Origin: Selaginella moellendorffii
Lineage: Eukaryota; Plantae; Lycopodiophyta
Assembly: GCF_000143415.4 (NCBI RefSeq)
Contig: NW_003314432.1
Location: 104,851-168,850, forward strand
DNA: 64,000 nt
Direction of reading: 5' to 3'
How positions within the stretch are numbered: the stretch's first letter is position 1; each line of letters starts with the position of its first letter. The translations under genes were made by a program, and so were the position numbers. This document shows positions 35,700 to 47,530 of the stretch, one piece after another. Under the pieces are notes generated by a model. The model ran no database searches. It had not been told where the DNA came from and saw only the letters and a program-made list of their open reading frames with translations.

Positions 35700-36526
35700 G
35701 TGCCTGGAAGGAGCTCCCATCACTCACTGAACAAGCCACTGTCCGATGCTCCCTGGTGCTACACCAAACAAGCCGTGCCAATGTTGTCCCATGATGCCGT
35801 GAACATGGAATCCCACCCATTTCCAATCACAGCCATGTTTTGAATCATCTCCTAAGAGAGCTGAAAGGACCACAACTGCAGTGAGCCTCTAGCTCCCAGG
35901 CTGCTGACAGCAACAACAGCAGCAGGTCCACTAAAGCTGAGAACTGTGAGTCTGGCACCCAATGAGTAGAAGCGATGCGTTTGGACTCACCTCCACAACT
36001 TGGTGTGTGTAGCTCACACCTTGGGAGACGTAGTTGAGGTCTGGTTGGAATAGGTGGAGAGGCAAGAGCTCAGACTTGTAAGCAACGTCCATGGTAGCTC
36101 TCCAAACAGGATCCAATTGACACACATGTTTGCCTGGGTGGAGGTGCCCCAGAACACAACCATATGGTGTTTGTTAGCAGAGGTGGTGTCTTCCTTGTAC
36201 ACTGGGCCCCAAGCTTTGGAGTCCGAGGAGGGCTCAAGTGTTGGAAGTTTGGGGATGGCTTCCAGCTGGGGATGGAGGCAGGCATCTATAGGTTTTGGTG
36301 GAGATTGTGGTGAGCGGGAGATGAAGAGTGCCAGACACTTGGGATCATGCTGTGAGAGCTTGGAGACTTCGTCCCACACTTCCAGAGCTTCTTCGCTTGG
36401 TGGGTTTTGTTTGGCTGAGCGGTGGTGGTGATGGCGGGCTAGAAAAACACTGGCAGTAACAATGGCAGGCACAACCAAAAGCAAGAGCAGGAGAGTGCAA
36501 GCCATGCATTTGTGATTTTTCTTCAT
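35700..36526 (-). pseudogene. Unidentified gene fragment with N-terminal signal/anchor, inside the Helitron-like element
   Basis: ATG-started 170-aa ORF MKKNHKCMACTLLLLLLVVPAIVTASVFLA..., with an apparent frameshifted continuation (35931-36125). Family not recognised. Confidence 0.4.
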
Positions 36527-37445
36527 GGTTTGGAAGGAATCTTACCTCTGTTCTCCCTGCGGGTTTGAAAATTAAAGAGTCACCAGATCTCACGTATCTA
36601 TGTTGCCTTCGTCAAAGCTTTATAAAAGTTCAACTCTTTTTCACTTTATATGGTCTGGCTCTTTCTTGCTCTGGATTTCTTAACTCTCAAATTTTCAAGT
36701 ATGCACAACAGGAATCTAAAATTCACAGATCTCACTTATCAGCATTGCTTTGGTCAAATGGCCTAAAACTATTATATCTTAGATTTTGCATTTCTTTCTC
36801 TCTTTTAGCAATTTCTTAACATTAAATGCTTTGTGATCAAAAGAGAGCATGCAAAAAGTTCCTCTGCAAGAAGAACCACCAGGCTGCCTTTGATGTGTTC
36901 CAAAGGTGATGACTCTGAACTCAATATCCATGTTGAGCAGAATAAAGTTGCTTGGGTCCTCAATAAACTTCCACCACCTCTCTTCAATTTCTTCTTGCCA
37001 CTTTATAGTAAGTCACTGAAAAAATCTAAGATTCTATAGAACTTCACTAGTTAAAACTTGGACAGGAAATCTAGAAGAAAAAGCAATCCTTTGAACACTT
37101 CTGTTTTTATCCTGGTCCTTCGATTTAAAACCAAATGGGTTATGCTAGAACACCCTCCCTCGATATCAAGCTTTCAAGTAGATGTTGTAACTTTTAATTA
37201 TGGATATCTTATGTTCCATCTCCAGGATGATGAATTTAGAATCTCTTGGAACTTTCCATGCAGACATTTGCTTTCATTTCAGACTTGCAGAATAAAAGAA
37301 GCCAGTTTTGATTAATTACAAATCCTTGCTTTCTAGAGCTTACAGCTATAACTTTCAACTGATTATTTTAAAATTAATATTAAAATGCTTACTCTTGATG
37401 CTAAAATGCTTGAAAATTCAATGTGCCCAAAATATTTTGCGCTAG

Positions 37446-39992
37446 TTTTATTTTAAGGGAAGTTGTTAAAAATTATTCCGGAAATATTCGAGAAGATTCT
37501 TAAGTTAGGGTTTGGCGTGCCTGCGAAGAAGATCTGATCTCGCGGCCCGGCCCGAGAATTAAAACATGGCAGCAGCCGCGGAGATTTATGAGGAGAACCT
37601 GAGGAGGTGGAGGAAGCAGGTTTAGGGTTGGAAGAGGAGGAAGTCGCCATAAACAGCAACAGGAGGAAGAGGTGCCCATGGAGGGAGGTGGCCATGGAGT
37701 GGTAGGAGGGAGCGGGGTGGCCGGGGTTGGCCGCGGATCTCTGAATCTGGCCCCGGGAGGATTAGGCCATGGTTCTGAGGCGGCTCGAGGAGGGGGTGCC
37801 CCGGGAGGAGGAGGCCATGGTTCTACCCTAGGCGGTTCTTCTTCGGGAGGAGGAGGCCATGTATCATCGCCAGGAGGAGGCCAAGCCTCGGTGGGAGGAG
37901 CCGAAGCCACAGCGGGAGGAGTCCAAGCCGCACCCGGAGGAGCCCAAGCCACGTCTGGAGGAGTTCCCCTGGAGCACAGCGTGCCGGGAGTTCCAACTGC
38001 TTTGAGAACCAGAGATGGCAGTGAGTTTACATTTCTTAGGTTGCATGCATGCATGAGTGATTGAGAGCTCCCGGCAGGGTCATGAAGAAGAGGGAGATGA
38101 CAGCGTCCCCGATCTGGAACAAGACCCGGATGGATGCTCACATGGAGGAGCTCGACCACGAGGCTGTCCAGTTTGTGGATACCTCGGGTTTTGCTGCACC
38201 TGCTGCTGCGAAGAGAACCCGGGGAAAGAACTGGAACCATGCTGAGACCATGCTCCTGATTGATCTCGCTCGGGGAAAAACATCTCGCGAAGATTGCGGG
38301 GGAGGGAGGAGCAGCCAGCATGTTCTCATGACGAAGACACAGCGCTGGAATCTCATCTTTCACCCTTTTGCTTTAGGGTTTAAATGCACATTGCGGATGA
38401 CAAGAGCCCCGCTGCCAGAGGAAGAAGACCGTGAACTTGAGGTTCGTCGGGCTGTGATTGGGAGGAGGTTTTGCATCGGCCTGTGGTGGGTGAAGCCTCG
38501 AAATGTCGCCACCTAGAGTAAGTTTTCTTTGGAGTATTACGATGTGGGGGGAAACTTCAGATGGAGAAGAGGACCTTCTTCACCATTTGTGGCATGCTGG
38601 AGAGCGAGATCCGGAAGCAAGATACCGGTTGGAGGAGTGTGGTGCCGGTGGATGTTCGACTGGGGGTGACTTTGTACAAGTTTTTCAAGAACACAGATTA
38701 CTTGGATCTGGCGGACAAGTTCGGCATCGGGGAGTCCACAGCTCATGAAATTGTCATGGACACTACTGTGGCGATTGTCAAGTGTCTCAGGTACAAGATT
38801 CATTTTCCTTCAACCGCCAAGGAGGTTCGAGCTGTTACTGCTGGCTTTCGACAAGTGACAGGTACATTTTCTTATGTTTTTTGGATTGTTATAAGTTTTG
38901 ATGACCAATAGGAACCTGACTGCCTAATGTTGCTGGGGCGATCGACTACTAGACTGGACGGCGAGAGCTACTACGACCGGAGGCAGCGGTACTCAGTCAT
39001 CTTGCGTTTGTGATGCCCAGAAGAGGTTCCTCAGTATCTACGCTGGGTGGCCAGGTATGTTTCTTTGTGTGTTGTGGATGGTTCTAAAATGTTCTTTTTG
39101 CTTTCAGGACGCGTCCACGACATGAGGGTTTTTCGTAATTCAACCCTCGGGAACAAGATTGTAGCAAGGGAGCTGCTGACATCGCTCACGGTGTTAGTAT
39201 ATGGTGATAGGATCAAGCCATACCTAGTGGGGGACAAAGGGTACCAACTCCAGCAGCATCTGATGATTCCACACACAAGTAAGTCTTCTTCATTCTACTT
39301 TCTTTTGTTCACTTGTTTTGGTTGTTGCTCAGCTCCGAACCCGACACCATCCAAGGCAGCTTTCAACCTTCATCACCACCTTGCTCGGATTGTTATTGAG
39401 CAAGCATTTGGACTTCTTAAAATGAAGTTCAGATGCTTGGATCAAAAACAAAGGATCCAGCCAAAGTACTTTCCTAACATCATCAAGAGTTGTTGCATCT
39501 TGCACAATTTCTTGATTGATGTTGGGGAGACTGATCTTCGGGCGGAGATCCAAGCTTGGAGGAAAGAGGTGAAAAGGCTCAAGGACCAGGACCTCTTTGT
39601 TGATTACAGTGATCCCGAGCAAGCGGAAGGGGAACCTTGTGAGGAGTTGCACAGTCCAGAGGATGCAAAAGAGGTTAGAGAGAACCTCACGTTTTCCCTC
39701 TGTCTTTGCCAGTGGCGTTCGTGTTTGCTTTGAAATTTGCCAGGATATAATTCTAAACATTTGAATTTGAATTTGAAATTTCAAAATTTGAATTAAGTGA
39801 ATTTTAAGTGTTCGAGTGCATTGTTTTTAAGTGCGAATCCGAGGGTGTTTTTCCACTTAAATCTAAGACATGTGCGAATGCAAAAGTCCTTATAAGTTTA
39901 CTTTGCAACACAAATTTTTTCAATGTACTTTCTTAATTTTTAAAGTGGGTCGCTTAAGTTTTTTTTCACTAAATAAATGTGCGAATTGGTCC
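37446..39992 (+). mobile_element. PIF/Harbinger transposon, copy 2 (defective; its 5' subterminal part probably lies at about 34092-34221, split off by the Helitron)
   Basis: Gly-rich plus Myb/SANT-like ORF1 remnant (about 37566-38330) and transposase (about 38400-39733) with YLVGDKGY, IEQAFGLLK and CCILHNF; frameshifts present. Confidence 0.88.
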
Positions 39993-41399
39993 TTTCTCAA
40001 CATAAAAGATAATGTTTTGCCAAGCTTACCACAACCACTGGCAACCTTGATTGCCAATGATGTTGCTGTGGTATCTATAACCACACAGCTAGGGCCAAAG
40101 TTACACCACCAATGGCCCATAGCAAGCACAGCCATGGTGGCACAAGGTCTCGGCCATGGCTAGCACTACCTTGGCTGGCCTTAGCCGTGGCATAGCCATC
40201 TACTAGAGGAGCTAGAGGAGAGCTGTTGTAGGAGGAGTGCTAGAGGAGTTGGAGGAGAGCTGTTGCAGGAGAAGTGCTGGAGGAGCTGGAGAGCTGCTAT
40301 AGGAGGAGTGCTGGAGGAGACTCAATGCACAAGGGGTTTTGGAGGAGCTAGAGGGTGAGAAAAAATGATTTGATGAAATTAAAAGAAATTGAAAAATCCA
40401 AGAGTAGGATTGGCAAAAGTACAATGTGGAAGAGAGTTGTTGCAGGAGGAGCACGAAAGGACATGGACAGGAAGAGTGTTGGAGGGAGGAGATATGTTGC
40501 ATTGGAGGAAAGTAAGAGCCACTAGAGGAGTTGGGCACTAGAGGAAAATAAGAGTTGCCAGGTGGAGAGTTGGGCATTATACACAATACCATCTACACTA
40601 ACTAACCCTAACCGAACTCAAATAGATATAATTTTCTGCATTGCACTATGCAACAACGTTTGGTTTGCTTTGATATTGTCAATTTTTACATAAATAAAAA
40701 ATTTATATGATGTACTCATTTTAATACAATTTTTTATTCATATGTACTTCTTGTTTATCTCTCAAAGAGTTCAACTAATGTTTTTTTTATCAATTTTATT
40801 CTTCCTATAGCAATCTTAAAGCAAATAGTGAAGAATATAAGAAAGAAGTCCTACACTCTTGCAATACTAAAATCTTGCAAACTTTCCTTTAAGAACATTA
40901 TTACTAGTCAAAAAGTTCACTTTTTTTGAGTAGTCTGATGTGTTTGTCTTTATAGCATGTCCATAAACAGAAAACAAGGAACTCCTCATAGTAGAGTATC
41001 ACAGTGATAGAAGAAGTTTGAGCTTCTTCTCCATGCAATGGGCAACAATATAATCAAGTGGCTGTAGTGATTGATACAACAGTTCTCCTGGATCTTGCTT
41101 GTCAGGCTGGCGTGGCTAAGACACTGATAAAGGTAAGTTCTGCAAAGATTTAATAAGGTTTTGCTGGATTGTCCTTACTGGGTTTACAGTTAGATCATGG
41201 GTGATCAGGAGCTCACAGTTTTGCATAAGATTTGATGAAACATGTTTCTTGCTTGAGCTAGGATCCTTGATCTGCCATGGGTGGTGATCAATGCATTCAC
41301 AAAAGGTGCCGGAATGAAATCCAACAGCTTAAGCACTTTCAAAAGACACCCATTCTAGGCATTTGCAGTGACCATTGCATTCCAAGAGACCAAGGTCCT

Positions 41400-43720
41400 C
41401 TTGCTCAAAACTTCCTGCTATGCTCATGATGACATTTCCAAGATTGAGCTTCATGTTTCTAGAATTCTTCTGTGAATCGTCACTTCTTTCTCATACTGCA
41501 CAGGTCACAAATCACCCAAGAAATCGCCTCATGGAGGCTGCAACACTCAATAGTTCTAGGACTGGCAGACAAGCCCTGTCCCATGGACAGCCACTGCTCC
41601 TTACGTGGGAATGTGCACATTACAGAGGTTCGTTTTTGTTTTCCAGTCTGTCTTTTAACTCCTCAAATGTCTTGATCATTATGAAGAAGGGAACCCATTG
41701 AGAAAATACAGTGTTGGGCAGACTGTTCGAGCTAAAATCCTTTCAAAACGTAAAACCAGCAGAAAGCACAGAAATGCTGCCACTTTGGATTTATCTCTAC
41801 GTCCATCTGAGCTTGCATGTCTGTATGGTGGCCCTTTGAATTAGCTTACTTATCATGACTTGCAGGAAACGATGCTGCATGCTCAGTGATTACTTTCGAG
41901 ACCGTAACCATTGAACAGTCGGTTATCAGATACGTTCAAGAAGTAAAGGACAACTGGGCATGGCTAGTCCTCTCACCCCATCTTAAAGGCTGCCTTTTTA
42001 TACTGGACACGTCTGACGATCCCTCGGAGCTTGAACGTTTTAAAGAGCGCTTCAAAGTCGGTGACCCGTTCCAGTGCCATATAAGAAGTGTGAACCACGA
42101 AAGGAAGCAAGTGGATTTGTCTCTACACCCGAAAACAAGTGACAAACAATTCAAGAAAGGCGACCTGTTAGGCCGACGAATCACACGAGTTTTTGCTGGT
42201 GTTGGCGGACATACTGTGCAAAGCAGATGGGAAAGTTTCGGAAAAGTTCATGTAACGATCCATGGATTGATGACCCAGCCAGTTTATTTACAGAGGGACA
42301 GTTTGTAAGGTCTTGGATTTAAAACGACCAGGGAGGGGAAAGATGGGCTTGGAACTTTCAGTAAGTTGGTGGACGTGGTGGTTTTGAGTCCCTTCCAAGC
42401 TATCACACACTTGAAAGGTAACTTCCGAGATTTGCATTAAATTTTTTTGACTCTGCATCCAATGCTCGTATTGTCAATTGGAGGCTCCAGCTCCGGCGGA
42501 GGTTCTGTCTCTGCCTGGGTTTGTTTACGCCCTGCCCTTGCCATCTCCCAGCAATCCGCCTAAGATATGAAGTGCAAGTAAGCAGAAACCTTGCATGCTG
42601 TGGACGTGACTTGTTTTTGTGTTGCAGGGTTTTGTCAAGAATGTGACGGAGAAAGGTTGTTTTGTGGTCCTGGCACCTTCACTTGAAGCTAGAATTCAAC
42701 TGAAGAACCTATCGAACTCGTTTGTACAAAACCCTGATATCGGGAAGGTATGAACTTTTCTCCGTATGGAAGTGTTTGCTGATATCTTCTTCTTCGTCAG
42801 AATTTTAAGCATCGAGCCATTGTCTGGGCACATTGAAATGTCTTTGGCGGCAACAACATCACAAGATTCAAGTGGCTGGAAGAAGTTTGGTGCTGGAGAG
42901 ATCGTTAGTGGCCGCATACACAACATTGAAGCATTTGGGATCTTCATCAGCCTTGCCGAGAGCGATGTGGTAAACTCTCTCTCTATCTTGGTTTCAAGTT
43001 CTTAGTCTGTGCTCCAGGTTGCTTGTGTCATGTCGCTGAAGTGTCTTACGATTTTATTCAAGACTTGTCAACACTTTACAAAGTCGGCCAATGGGTTCAA
43101 GTAAAGATTCTAAAGGTGAGAAGGAAAGCTTTAGTAAAACCACAGGGTTATGATTTCCCTCTACAGGTTGATGGGGAAACCAAACGTATATCTCTTGGAA
43201 TGAAAGCGTCATATCTGACCCTTGAGGATGGCATCGAGCCGATGGAGGAAGAAGCTATAAATGAAGAGCCTTCGAACACAAATGTGCTCATGAGGGAGGT
43301 GGATCTGGCATCAAAACGATTCCCACAGCTATGCATGTTGATCCACTCTCAACAAAGACGTTGAGGATACAGTGCCAATTGACTTGAAAGAGCAGAGTTA
43401 CTTCTTGTTTATATTTACTCTTCTCATGTCCTGCTTCTCAACAGGGAGGCTGCAGCAAAAGAGAAGTTATTACAGAAGGACCAGCCTCCAGAGACCATGG
43501 ACGACTTTGAAAGGCTTGTAGCAGCGTCACCAAATAGTAGCTACATGTGAATCAAACGCATGGCTTATTGGTTGTGTCTTGCGGACCTGGACAAGGTGCA
43601 AGCAGTGGCTGAAAGGTAACACTCTACTCACATTTGATTCTATTTTTCTTTAGGTGTTACAATCCTTTTTTATAGGGCATTGGAGAAGAGATATGGATGG
43701 CTTATCTCAACCTAGAGATT
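41400..43720 (+). pseudogene. RRP5: rRNA biogenesis protein RRP5 (S1 repeats plus start of HAT region), internal multi-exon fragment
   Basis: GQTVRAKIL; GFVKNVTEKGCFVVLAPSLEARIQLKNLSNSFV; RILSIEPLSGHIEMSL; VDGETKRISLGMKASY; DDFERLVAASPNSSYM*IKRMAY...AVAER|AL. GT-AG introns, stops and deletions present. Confidence 0.85.
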
Positions 43721-44650
43721 TGAAGAGCAAATGGCAATTACTTTAGATGGTTATAATGATCATGGAAACTACTATAGTAAGCATGCTTGTGTTTGGGGAT
43801 GGAGATCAAAGGTATGGTAGAAGACTTTAATGTTTTGAATGCTAATGTTGGAGATATATTACAACAAAGTGTGGCAATTTGTTAGGTGCCAGCTTTGACC
43901 ACATGGTCAACATCAGTCAAAGGGAGGTTCAAGGGTAAGGAATTGAAGAGTGATGGTGTAAAGGAGCTTTTGAGGTAGCTTGGGGAAGAGGAGGTGTAAT
44001 TTAGTCTAGAAAGACTAGATTATTGATTTTTTGTGTTGGGTCATAACATTGGTATAAGAGGTGTTGGTTGTGATGGCTGACCAAGTTGAACGTTGGAATC
44101 CTATTGTCGATGGTGGTGCCAATGATGGTGCCAATAGAGCTGCAAAGGTTTGGACTATGGAAGATGTTGTTCACGAGCTGCAAGCCCTTAATAAAAATTA
44201 GCAAAAGATGCAAGATAAAATGTATGGCATGATGAGTACCTTGCGTGAGCATGTTGAGGCATTCGAGGCTGGTTGTGGTGGCACTCCAAGTAAACCTTCC
44301 TTGGTGGATCGACTCAAGATTCCAACTTTTTTCAGTGATGGTGGTGTGGATGTCTAGTTTGACTAGCTAATGTGAAGAAGTTCTTGGCTGCTAGAAGAAT
44401 TCCAAATGTAGAGGCTTTAGTGGCTATTCCAATAGTTTTGTGTGATGCGGGTCTTCGGTGGTGGAATTGGCTTAAAGGGTTTTGTGTTGCGGATAAAAAA
44501 CCATTAGTGTTTAAGATGGATGAGTTTGAGGTTGCTTTCCATTTACGTTTTACCCTTCACTATGACATAGAGAATGCTTACACCAAACTTTGACATTTTT
44601 AGCAAAGGAAAATAAAGCTTGGGGACTATATTGAGAAGCTAACTTGCTTG

Positions 44651-44845
44651 NNNNNNNNNNNNNNNNNNNNNNNNNNNNNNNNNNNNNNNNNNNNNNNNNN
44701 NNNNNNNNNNNNNNNNNNNNNNNNNNNNNNNNNNNNNNNNNNNNNNNNNNNNNNNNNNNNNNNNNNNNNNNNNNNNNNNNNNNNNNNNNNNNNNNNNNNN
44801 NNNNNNNNNNNNNNNNNNNNNNNNNNNNNNNNNNNNNNNNNNNNN
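44651..44845. other. Assembly gap (195 N)
   Basis: Run of N. Confidence 1.
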
Positions 44846-46573
44846 AATTGTTGTCATGATCGTTGTGGACATAAGGATGGGAATAAACATCACAAGCTGA
44901 AGTCTATGGTGACTACTTCGGGTATAGAAGCAAAAATTCTTTATGAAGAATTATAGACAAGGTTGTCATCATTGTGGCAAGTTGAGACACTACAAAGCTG
45001 ATTGTCCACAGTAAAGAGCAAATAATATGGCAACAAGAATGGCCAATCTTTTACTAAGAGTAAGTCAAATACTAAGAAGTTGCAAACTTTGCAGCACAAG
45101 GATGACAGGGATGACCATTTTGGTTGGAGGAAGAGGTTTTTGATTGTTGCTCGTCAACTTAATTGTGTGTGGAACAAGGTTAAGAACACTCGTGCATCAG
45201 CTTGAATACTGAAGGGCATGTTCTGTGGCGGTCCAATGTAAATTTTACTGGATAATGGGAGCAATGACAACTTTGTTTTCACAAAGTTTGTTGAGGAGTA
45301 TGGCTTGGTGACACAAGGAGTTCTTCCATACACAGTGGAAGGTGCTCGTACCTCTACTTAGCATTTCAATACTTGTGTAGAAAGGCTAGAAATGTTGGTT
45401 GGCAAAACCACACCTATGGAGACTTTCTATTTCACAGATATTCATCATGTGGATTTTATTCTTGGGATGCCATGGTTGGTGAAGGTGGATCTGGAGATAA
45501 AATGGAGTATTAAACGTGTCTCATTGGAGTACGGTAGCATTAAAGATGTATGGTTTGAAGAGGGAGTTCAACCTTTAGTTGTTATGCTCTCCGCTACATC
45601 TTTGAAGCGGGCTTGTCGTAATGGAAAAACACTTTCGAGTTATTTGTTGTTTGTTCGTGAATTGAGGGACCAAGCCACATGTGGAGGAGAGGCAACAATG
45701 CAAACTATACTTGAAGATTTCTCAGATGTTTTTCCCTCTAAACTTCCTCATGGATTGCCTCCATTACGAGGTGTGGAGCATGGGATTACGTTGGAGCTGG
45801 GGACGCGGCCAATTTACTAGTGTCCATTTTAGTTGAGTTAAATTAAGTGATATCTAACTATCTAAAACAAAACAATCTATACATATATGTTGAAGAGCAA
45901 GAAGTTCAACAATAAGTCGAGTTACTTGAGTTTGGATTTATTCAACAAAGTAAGTCTCCGTTTGGTGCTCTGGTTTTGCTTGTGAAGAAGAAGGATAGTT
46001 CAATGAGGATGTGTATTGACTACTGTGTCTTGAACAAGAAGATTGTGAAAGACAAGATGCCCATGCTACATGTGAATAATATCTTAGACAAGTTTGGTGA
46101 AGCACAAGTGTTTACTAAGATTGATCTGAGGAGTGGATATCATCAGATTGCAATGAATGATGCATCTATCTCCAAGATGGCATTTAACATGAGTTTTGAG
46201 CATTTTGAGTTTACAGTTATGCCGTTTGGTTTGACGAATGTGTCAGCCACATTTACTTGATTGATGATAGAGGTCTTTAGGTGTTATTTTCATGAGTTTG
46301 TGGAGATTTTCTTGGATGATATTCTTGTTTTCAGCAAGAATATAGAGGAACATAAGGTGCATTTACACAAGGTTCTTTTGTTACTCAATGACGACAAATT
46401 TTATGTGAAAAAGAGCAAATGTGAGTTTGCAAAGTTGGAAGTGGAATATTTAGGCCATATTATGACATCCAAGGGTGTCAAGACGGATCCAAGGAAGGTG
46501 GCTATGGTGGAGAATTGGCCTACACTGACTTTAGTGGCTGAGTTACGTAGTTTCCTTGGTATTGCTAGTTATA

Positions 46574-46673
46574 NNNNNNNNNNNNNNNNNNNNNNNNNNN
46601 NNNNNNNNNNNNNNNNNNNNNNNNNNNNNNNNNNNNNNNNNNNNNNNNNNNNNNNNNNNNNNNNNNNNNNNNN
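46574..46673. other. Assembly gap (100 N)
   Basis: Run of N. Confidence 1.
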
Positions 46674-47530
46674 CAAACTTTATTAGGTGACATAATGGAG
46701 AGTAACTCTTACTCATATATGGAATAGTGATGCTCTGTGGGATTCAAAGTTCAACTCTCATATGCAATAGGCTGTCCCTCTTGCATAAGAACTCCTCCCA
46801 ATGTATAACCACTCGCATCACGTTCATGCTTTGTGGACGTGGTGGCATTATCTTTATCATAGTGTTGACAGATCACAAACCCCTTGTATATATTTTCATA
46901 TAGGAGTTGAACACTAGGCAAGTTTGTTAGATGGTCAAACTCATGGAGTTTGGGGAGTTTTCTATTAAGCATCATCTGAGAAAATCAAATATGGTGGCAG
47001 ATGCTCTATTTCGTATTTGCCATGTAATGGCGTTACAAACATGGTTTTGTTATCATTTGAGTAAGGTGGTTAGCGAGTTTGGGTAGTTGGTTGAGTGTGC
47101 TCAAGTTTAGGATGTTGAGGTGGTCTTGTTGCAAGCTCAGATAGAAGCATCTTTCTCATTGGTGGATGGGATTTTTTACTACAATGGCCATGTGTATTTA
47201 CCACATGTGGATGCATTAATTATTCAAGTTTTATTCCACTATCATGATTGTCCAGAGGCCAGTCATTTTGGGGGGAAGAAGACATATGAGTTGATTAAGC
47301 ACAATTTTTATTTGAGGAATATAAAGGCTAATATCCTTGAGTGTAAGTTATGTGAACTCTGTCAGCGGGTAAAGGTGCCACGGGTGAAGCCAGAAGAACT
47401 TTTGCAACCTTTACTTATTCCTTAGAGCTATTGGTGTAATATATCTATGCACTTCATCCTATGCAAGCTATGTTTCTTATACCTGAAAAGTGTATCCATG
47501 AAATATACATATCCTCTTGTAGTTTCTCTT

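Larger units (their letters stand above)
34222..37445 (+). mobile_element. Non-autonomous Helitron-like element (3224 bp) carrying gene-like fragments
   Basis: Begins TC(ATCCTTCTATATTT) and ends CTAG. Inserted between A and T with no TSD; the empty site GGTCA|TTTTATTTTAAG is present in the inverted arm (52811-52826, minus). A subterminal palindrome CAAAATATTTTG precedes the CTAG. Confidence 0.8.
21620..39859 (+). repeat. Left arm of large inverted duplication (pairs with 50549-63115)
   Basis: Collinear reverse-complement similarity through the integrase, chromovirus, LINE, PPR-DYW gene, its 3' flank and the Harbinger. Paired ORFs include 22639+/61885-, 24855-/59641+, 25701-/58858+ and 39329-/50624+. 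Confidence 0.92.
43930..47455 (+). mobile_element. Degenerate Ty3/gypsy retrotransposon gag-pol, 3'-truncated
   Basis: gag from about 44072; zinc knuckle CHHCGKLRHYKADC (about 44963); protease ILLDNGS; RT LVKKKDSSMRMCIDY, KIDLRSGYHQI, MPFGLTN, FLDDIL; RNase H; integrase H..H..CELCQRVK. Confidence 0.9.

Noticed and set aside
37500-38363. Pro-rich 287-aa ORF (and 52218-52814) as an extensin-like gene
   Set aside because: It is the antisense reading of the Gly-rich Harbinger ORF1 region.
44639-44956. ORFs spanning N runs
   Set aside because: Artefacts of assembly gaps.
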